Of a stretch of DNA of 64,000 nt, positions 59,013 through 64,000 are shown in pieces. Both the position numbers and the translations under genes were made by a program. Source of the DNA: an uncultured virus (IMG/VR IMGVR_UViG_3300046468_002484) (lineage: Duplodnaviria; Heunggongvirae; Uroviricota; Caudoviricetes); the IMG/VR virus record IMGVR_UViG_3300046468_002484; one strand, given 5' to 3'. The stretch's first letter is position 1; every line of letters begins with the position of its first letter. The notes beneath the pieces are model-generated. The model did no database searches and was not told where the DNA came from. It saw only the letters and a program-made list of their open reading frames with translations.

Positions 59013-59710
59013 AATTTTCTTTTTTTAAGTTGTAATTCACAATCTGCTTGTTTTTTCATCAAAGGATGGCAAACATAAGCAGTATTTATATAATCACCAC
59101 GATATATTGTTTTTTGTTCAAGTACACACACATTTGTGTTATCACAACTAAATTCTGTATCACCTTCCATCGTTGTATAAATATTAACCAAATCAATCTT
59201 TTTTGAAAAGTATAAATTAAATTCTTCTTGGTCATCAAAATTTTTTTTTGATTTTAAAATTTCATCAAAAACACTTCTTACACAAAAATTATTTTTTAAA
59301 TAAACCCAACCCATGCACATTGTAAAATTCCATTTGTTAAAAGTTTCAATAGGAAATCCACCTGTGTCACGTGATGCAATTATATCATACTTTGAATTTA
59401 ATTTGGATATTGGATTTTTAATCCAAACCGCATCAAGATCTGAGTGAATGATTGCGGGTTCACTTCTCAAAATCTCGTATATTTTCTCAAATCTCCAACG
59501 CCAACCCTTACCAGATCGTCTTGGAATATTACCACCCTCAATTAGTTTTGTTTTAATATTATTTTTTTTCAAAAAACTCTCTGCGTCATTATCAAGTGTA
59601 ATTATCAAATAATTGTCAATTTTTATTTTTTTCAAACAACAAACCCAATTAAGTGCTACATTTTTATATCGTGTATCGCAAAATGAAATTATGAGTGGTA
59701 GTTGTATCAT
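59000..59710 (-). CDS. Nucleotide-diphospho-sugar transferase (GT77-like)
   Basis: ALNW, HSDLDAVWIKNP, CMGW, DDQEEFN. Start set at MIQLP. Confidence 0.75.
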   Translation of the reverse strand: MIQLPLIISFCDTRYKNVALNWVCCLKKIKIDNYLIITLDNDAESFLKKNNIKTKLIEGGNIPRRSGKGWRWRFEKIYEILRSEPAIIHSDLDAVWIKNPISKLNSKYDIIASRDTGGFPIETFNKWNFTMCMGWVYLKNNFCVRSVFDEILKSKKNFDDQEEFNLYFSKKIDLVNIYTTMEGDTEFSCDNTNVCVLEQKTIYRGDYINTAYVCHPLMKKQADCELQLKKRKLWIL

Positions 59711-61026
59711 GATTCTAAAACCCAATGTTTGTTTTGCTTCATATTTTGTATTTTTTCTTGTGATGTGTTGTTTTTAAACATTGATTCGTCATAGTTTACA
59801 ATATAAGGATTTAACCTTTTACCAAAGCATCCTTTGTTATTCATACTATTAGCAAAATCAGATTCACTCAAAACTTTTACACGAAGATCACTATATTCTT
59901 TCATATTTAATTTACTATTAAAATAAACTTCTTCTACACACCTTCCTTTGTACAAAGGATCAACTGCGTGGGTTGTGTCAAATAATTTTTTTGTAAGATT
60001 ACCCGATTTTACAACGCAAAAATTAATGCTTAATATTTTTTTAAATCTTGTTAAATTTGTATTAAATATTGTAGAAGAAAGAATTATTAAATCGTAGTGT
60101 TTTATAAGATTTTTGATATAATTTCTAAAATCCTTTATTACTACTGAATTATTATTTATATACCAACAATCAAAATTAGTTGATATCACTTTATGTATTT
60201 CATTTAATATTGAATATTTTTTTTCACAATTTATTAAAACATTTTTAATGTGACCGTGTGATGCAAGTATACCAACTTCGTCACATGATTTTTTAAAATT
60301 ATTTAATATTTTTCTGTCAGGAACACTTGCGTGGTTGCATGAAGTTGTTATGATTTTATATTTTTCGTTATACATCGCGATCATCGGATCAACTATTTTT
60401 TTCCACATTATGTTAGAATAATTTTTACGAGTTTTTTTATTCATATCATTTTGTATAGCAAATCTTGGTATTGTTGCAAAAGAATACTCTGCGATATTAT
60501 ATTTCTTATCACGTCTATAAACTTGATCTATTGGTAAATCAGAAGTTTGTATTTTTTCTATAATTTCATCAAAATAATTTCCATTTACTGCATAAGCGTG
60601 TGCCTGGCACAATGAACCACTGAACACACTTTTTGTGTGGATTTCAAATATATTATGTGGCACTCCCCCCAAGTAGAAAAGTTTCCATTTTTTTGATTTA
60701 ATATAATCGATTGATTTAGTTAAACTTTTGAAATCAGTTTCAATAAATTTTACATCACTTTCAAATATTAAAACATTTTTTCGTTTCTCGTGTCTTGCTT
60801 CATTTAAAACACTCCAATGACAAAAGCTTTTTTTGCAAATTTTGCTATTTTTACCCAAATCTTTCTCTATCATTTTAAAAGTTATTGTTGCACCAAATCG
60901 TGCCACACGATTATCAATTCCAAACTTTTTAAATTCCACACCAGCACTTTGCCAACGATGTGTCTCGGAACTTTCGCATATACACACAATTTTATCAAAG
61001 TAATCAAACGGATTGTTCATAATCAA
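59707..61026 (-). CDS. GT25-like glycosyltransferase with a second degenerate domain
   Basis: FDKIVCI..RW, CHW, VLIFESD, WKLFYLGG, AHAYAVN, PIDQ. Confidence 0.7.
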   Translation of the reverse strand: MIMNNPFDYFDKIVCICESSETHRWQSAGVEFKKFGIDNRVARFGATITFKMIEKDLGKNSKICKKSFCHWSVLNEARHEKRKNVLIFESDVKFIETDFKSLTKSIDYIKSKKWKLFYLGGVPHNIFEIHTKSVFSGSLCQAHAYAVNGNYFDEIIEKIQTSDLPIDQVYRRDKKYNIAEYSFATIPRFAIQNDMNKKTRKNYSNIMWKKIVDPMIAMYNEKYKIITTSCNHASVPDRKILNNFKKSCDEVGILASHGHIKNVLINCEKKYSILNEIHKVISTNFDCWYINNNSVVIKDFRNYIKNLIKHYDLIILSSTIFNTNLTRFKKILSINFCVVKSGNLTKKLFDTTHAVDPLYKGRCVEEVYFNSKLNMKEYSDLRVKVLSESDFANSMNNKGCFGKRLNPYIVNYDESMFKNNTSQEKIQNMKQNKHWVLES

Positions 61027-61640
61027 GTATTATTTTTAATAAACTCAGCAATTTTTTCGCCAAGTAATTTTCGTCCATCTGAAGTAAAATGGCAATTATT
61101 TTGAAGTTCTGTGTTTTTATATAACTTATACGAGTCGTGTTGATTTAATACAAATGAATATAAATCGTTATATGGAACTTTCATTTCTTTCATAACGTGC
61201 TTTGCAATTTTATTTAATATTATTACATCCTCATTATTTCTCACCGAATGATTTCGTGGACTCGGAGTAGTATTTGAAAACAAAGGCAACACTTTAAGTT
61301 TTTTTAAAATTAGTATCTGCTCAAATAGTTCAATTTCATACTTTTTAAAATCTGAATCAGTTGTTCGTCTATGAAGTATGTCTTTTCCTTTATTTGGTAA
61401 TTTTATACTATGTAAACCAAAATTAAAATGAACAAAATCTGCATCAAACCGTTTACCATTGTATTTTCTTTTTGGTGATAATGTTCTATTCAAAAATCTC
61501 AATTGCTTCCATTGGCATGATGTTTTGCGAACAGGTTCAAACGACTCAATTCCATACATTAATAATCTTGTTTGTGCATACGGATAATAATGCCTCGTTA
61601 TAGAATCACCTAATATAATAACTTTTTTATTTATATTCAT
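61023..61640 (-). CDS. SGNH/GDSL hydrolase
   Basis: ILGDSIT, HFNFGLH, NTTP, NDLY, NCHFT..G. Confidence 0.8.
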   Translation of the reverse strand: MNINKKVIILGDSITRHYYPYAQTRLLMYGIESFEPVRKTSCQWKQLRFLNRTLSPKRKYNGKRFDADFVHFNFGLHSIKLPNKGKDILHRRTTDSDFKKYEIELFEQILILKKLKVLPLFSNTTPSPRNHSVRNNEDVIILNKIAKHVMKEMKVPYNDLYSFVLNQHDSYKLYKNTELQNNCHFTSDGRKLLGEKIAEFIKNNT

Positions 61641-61691
61641 ATAAATTGTATTCGTGAAAATATAAATATAAAAATGCTGAAATTATAAAAA

Positions 61692-62222
61692 CTAATTGCT
61701 TAACTCGGATTTCCAAAAATTATAACATTTAGTATGCTCATTTCCAGCATATCTGTGTTTTAAATGAAATCTACACGCAGGATATACCCACTTTAGTGTA
61801 TTACTCAACTCAAGTGTATCATTTTCATTATCATCGTACATTTGTCTAATGAATACCACACTCGTTGAGCTTTGTATTGTATGGTTAAATGAGGATATAA
61901 GTTTTTCATAACGATTTCTTGCCACACCAAAAAGTTTATTTATTTTTTTCCCAAGTGGCAATACATCATAAAAAATCGTTCCGTTACGTTTATCTTCAAT
62001 CAATGAATATGCAATTCCGTTTTTTATATTTACACTACCCGTAATAACTTTAATTTCATCAAGTTTAGGAAAGAAATTATTAAACTGATTATTTAAATTA
62101 TTTAGCAACATTTCATATGAAACATTGCCTAAATTATCAAACAGTGTCTCACTTTTATTTAATTTAAGTGAATTCAATGCGTTTGCAACCGATGGCTGTG
62201 ATCCAAGTGATATATACAACAT
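61692..62222 (-). CDS. DUF1796-like protein (degenerate)
   Basis: YISLGSQPSVA, LFDNL, VVFIR; no Cys at the SLGxxC position. Confidence 0.45.
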   Translation of the reverse strand: MLYISLGSQPSVANALNSLKLNKSETLFDNLGNVSYEMLLNNLNNQFNNFFPKLDEIKVITGSVNIKNGIAYSLIEDKRNGTIFYDVLPLGKKINKLFGVARNRYEKLISSFNHTIQSSTSVVFIRQMYDDNENDTLELSNTLKWVYPACRFHLKHRYAGNEHTKCYNFWKSELSN

Positions 62223-62899
62223 TAGTTTTCTCCAAATTTATATCCAAGTATTTTTACATCATTCCTATAAAACTTTTCAACTATTTCTTTTGTTTCGTTA
62301 TCGTAAAACTCCGTATAATGGCCATTAACATTTGAAGTTTTGTGCTTATGGGGCATCATGATTTTTTTATTAACTTTTAATTTTTCACATATAACATCAA
62401 AATCTGCACGTAGATTTTCAAATCTACCAACAAAATCAACCAGTATTGTATTGTGTTCTTCGTCATATATTTCATCAAACGCACGAGATAAAACAACTGC
62501 TTTATCACGATGACCCAACACAGGATTTCCACGAATCACCTTTCTCGGTTTTTCCAACCAACTTAACCAGTTGTTCCATCTCCAAACTACCCATTCTTTG
62601 AAACACCGATTTCTAACATCAATTTCGTTTTTACACCGCCTCCACATATATTGAGATACAAGTCTATCCCACGGATTTCTAACAAATGCAAATTTAAAAT
62701 AATCACCCCAGGTAGATTCACCAAGTATTTTCTGTGATTGTGCTACACTAATGTGAATTTTTTTAGATTCAGTTTCACTTCTACTTGCATACTTAAATCT
62801 CTGACCAGGAAGGAGTCGTTGTGAAATCGCAGTTGATATACTGCTTCCCGCTGTTCGTGGGATGTGAATAAAAACACATTTCAACTCATGATTAATCAT
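62222..62899 (-). CDS. Sulfotransferase family 2 protein
   Basis: HIPRTAGSS, VRNPWDRLVS, DFVGRFENL, GYKFGE. Confidence 0.88.
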   Translation of the reverse strand: MINHELKCVFIHIPRTAGSSISTAISQRLLPGQRFKYASRSETESKKIHISVAQSQKILGESTWGDYFKFAFVRNPWDRLVSQYMWRRCKNEIDVRNRCFKEWVVWRWNNWLSWLEKPRKVIRGNPVLGHRDKAVVLSRAFDEIYDEEHNTILVDFVGRFENLRADFDVICEKLKVNKKIMMPHKHKTSNVNGHYTEFYDNETKEIVEKFYRNDVKILGYKFGEN

Positions 62900-62908
62900 A
62901 GAAGTTTC

Positions 62909-64000
62909 TTAACGAAACAGAGCAGTTTGTTTTAGTTTTTTGTAGCTTTTCTTATAGAAATCTGACAAAATTTCATCAATTTCACTTTGTGATGTAGATG
63001 GATTTTTGTGTCTTGTAACTTCTCTCATCACACACTCAGCAATGTGCAACGCAAGTCCGAATACATCCTCAGAATTATGAAACGCATCAAATTTATAGTT
63101 TTCAGAATTTATGTATACGCAGAAATCACCATCTGTTTGTATTTGGGACATCATTCTTTCTCGGTTTTCTCCAAATGGTTTGATTTCGTAACGAATACTT
63201 TTTGTTTCGGAAATTTTTGTTTCCTCTCCAAGTTCGTCTTCAATAAAATCTCCTGTCTCCGCCGGTGCAGTATCTTCAGGTACTTTTGGTTCTTTTGGTT
63301 CTTTTGGTTCTTTTTTCGTTAATGTTTGTTTAAGTAATTCTGTTACCGTTTTTCTTTCTTTATTGTTCTTAATATCAGCAGTCTGACTTCTAAGTTCAGA
63401 TTTTATTAAATTACCAACAATTTCTTTTGCAACTGATGCTTTGGACATTCTTTCTTCAGCAGACTCTATATTCGTTTCTATAAAATCAACAAGTAAATCT
63501 GTATCGATATTCATTTCATCCAAAATTACTTTAACCACATTGTGAGCAAGAGTTCCAAACTTTTCAGTTTGCTGATCTATATCAAGCATAAGATAACCAC
63601 GAAGTAAATCAACAATAACTCGGTATGCAGTTTCATAAAATGGAAGTGTCACCGGGTGATCATCACGTAAAAAATGATGTGATAAATCTTTAGCAGGCAT
63701 TCCTGTATGATCCATTACACTAGAAAGTTCATTACAAACCACAAATCCACGCAATCTGTTAAATAGACTCAACACTGAATCTGATAATGTGATGTGTTGG
63801 CCTGCCTCGGTTGAAATATCTTCAAAAACTTTTGCTAATATATCTTTTTTATCTAAAGAAAAATCACAAATTTTTACATCAGATACTACAATAGTAGAAT
63901 CTAAACTACAATTTTGAGAATCTAATTCACTTTGCATTAAACTTAAATTAAAATATACTTTTCCTTTTTTTCGTTCTCCGTTCATTTCGTATGTAAACTC
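62909..64000 (-). CDS. Large hypothetical protein, 5' end beyond the window (possibly C-terminal part of a GHKL-type ATPase)
   Basis: Frame stays open to 64000 (EFTYEMNG..); RLRGFV motif; KEP repeats. Family guess is weak. Confidence 0.5.
   Translation of the reverse strand, partial: EFTYEMNGERKKGKVYFNLSLMQSELDSQNCSLDSTIVVSDVKICDFSLDKKDILAKVFEDISTEAGQHITLSDSVLSLFNRLRGFVVCNELSSVMDHTGMPAKDLSHHFLRDDHPVTLPFYETAYRVIVDLLRGYLMLDIDQQTEKFGTLAHNVVKVILDEMNIDTDLLVDFIETNIESAEERMSKASVAKEIVGNLIKSELRSQTADIKNNKERKTVTELLKQTLTKKEPKEPKEPKVPEDTAPAETGDFIEDELGEETKISETKSIRYEIKPFGENRERMMSQIQTDGDFCVYINSENYKFDAFHNSEDVFGLALHIAECVMREVTRHKNPSTSQSEIDEILSDFYKKSYKKLKQTALFR

Noticed and set aside
1515..61670. T4 late promoter TATAAATA on the plus strand
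   Set aside because: It points away from every gene. Its position just before minus-strand start codons favours the TATTTAT orientation.
63283..63312. 9-bp tandem repeat (KEP x3)
   Set aside because: Ordinary low-complexity linker.
2836..63322. Plus-strand ORFs in the ORF track
   Set aside because: All are antisense shadows of well-supported minus-strand genes, for example 8204..8722 and 8316..8669 over the protease repeats.
1..64000. Stop-codon reassignment (code 4/15/25)
   Set aside because: Conserved enzymes are full length in code 11, and TGA and TAG both end genes at tight junctions. Only one isolated in-frame TGA was found inside a gene.
1..64000. Eukaryotic giant virus or ordinary bacterial chromosome
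   Set aside because: tmRNA, sigma70 promoters, SD motifs and overlapping operons argue against an NCLDV. Phage-type resolvase and dNMP kinase and the absence of transport/export or housekeeping context argue against a chromosome. Neither is formally excluded, since no capsid or terminase gene is in the window.

Overview
AT-rich, gene-dense 64-kb window in which every credible gene lies on the minus strand. It most likely comes from a jumbo/huge bacteriophage: phage-type Holliday-junction resolvase and dNMP kinase, a tmRNA, sigma70-type promoters, a recurrent TTATAA-N16-TATTTAT promoter-like motif, and standard genetic code. No capsid or terminase gene is in view. The region is a sulfated-glycan 'factory'. 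It has a complete PAPS supply module (cysC-cysD-cysN), GDP-fucose (gmd, fcl), UDP-Gal (galE) and dTDP-rhamnose (rmlA, rmlB, rmlD/NRS-ER-like) pathways, about 20 sulfotransferase-domain genes (16 of Sulfotransfer_2 type) and over 20 glycosyltransferase-like genes (GT2, 4, 6, 8, 25, 32, 47, 64, 77, 92-like, O-FucT, RgpF). Auxiliary genes include metK, a LOG-family gene, ald, a Cys-less QueF-like gene and a membrane-anchored subtilase. The most striking unexplained structure is a conserved ~60-200 bp DNA block encoding the sulfotransferase C-terminus (..YAKDIEYFGYKFGE*) plus the next gene's start. It recurs in 10 intact genes and as at least 5 orphan copies placed directly in front of other genes, some fused to promoter-plus-5'-stub scars of unrelated genes. 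This looks like a recombination-anchored, integrase-free gene-cassette system diversifying the glycan/sulfation repertoire. All family calls are from motif recognition by eye; no searches were run.
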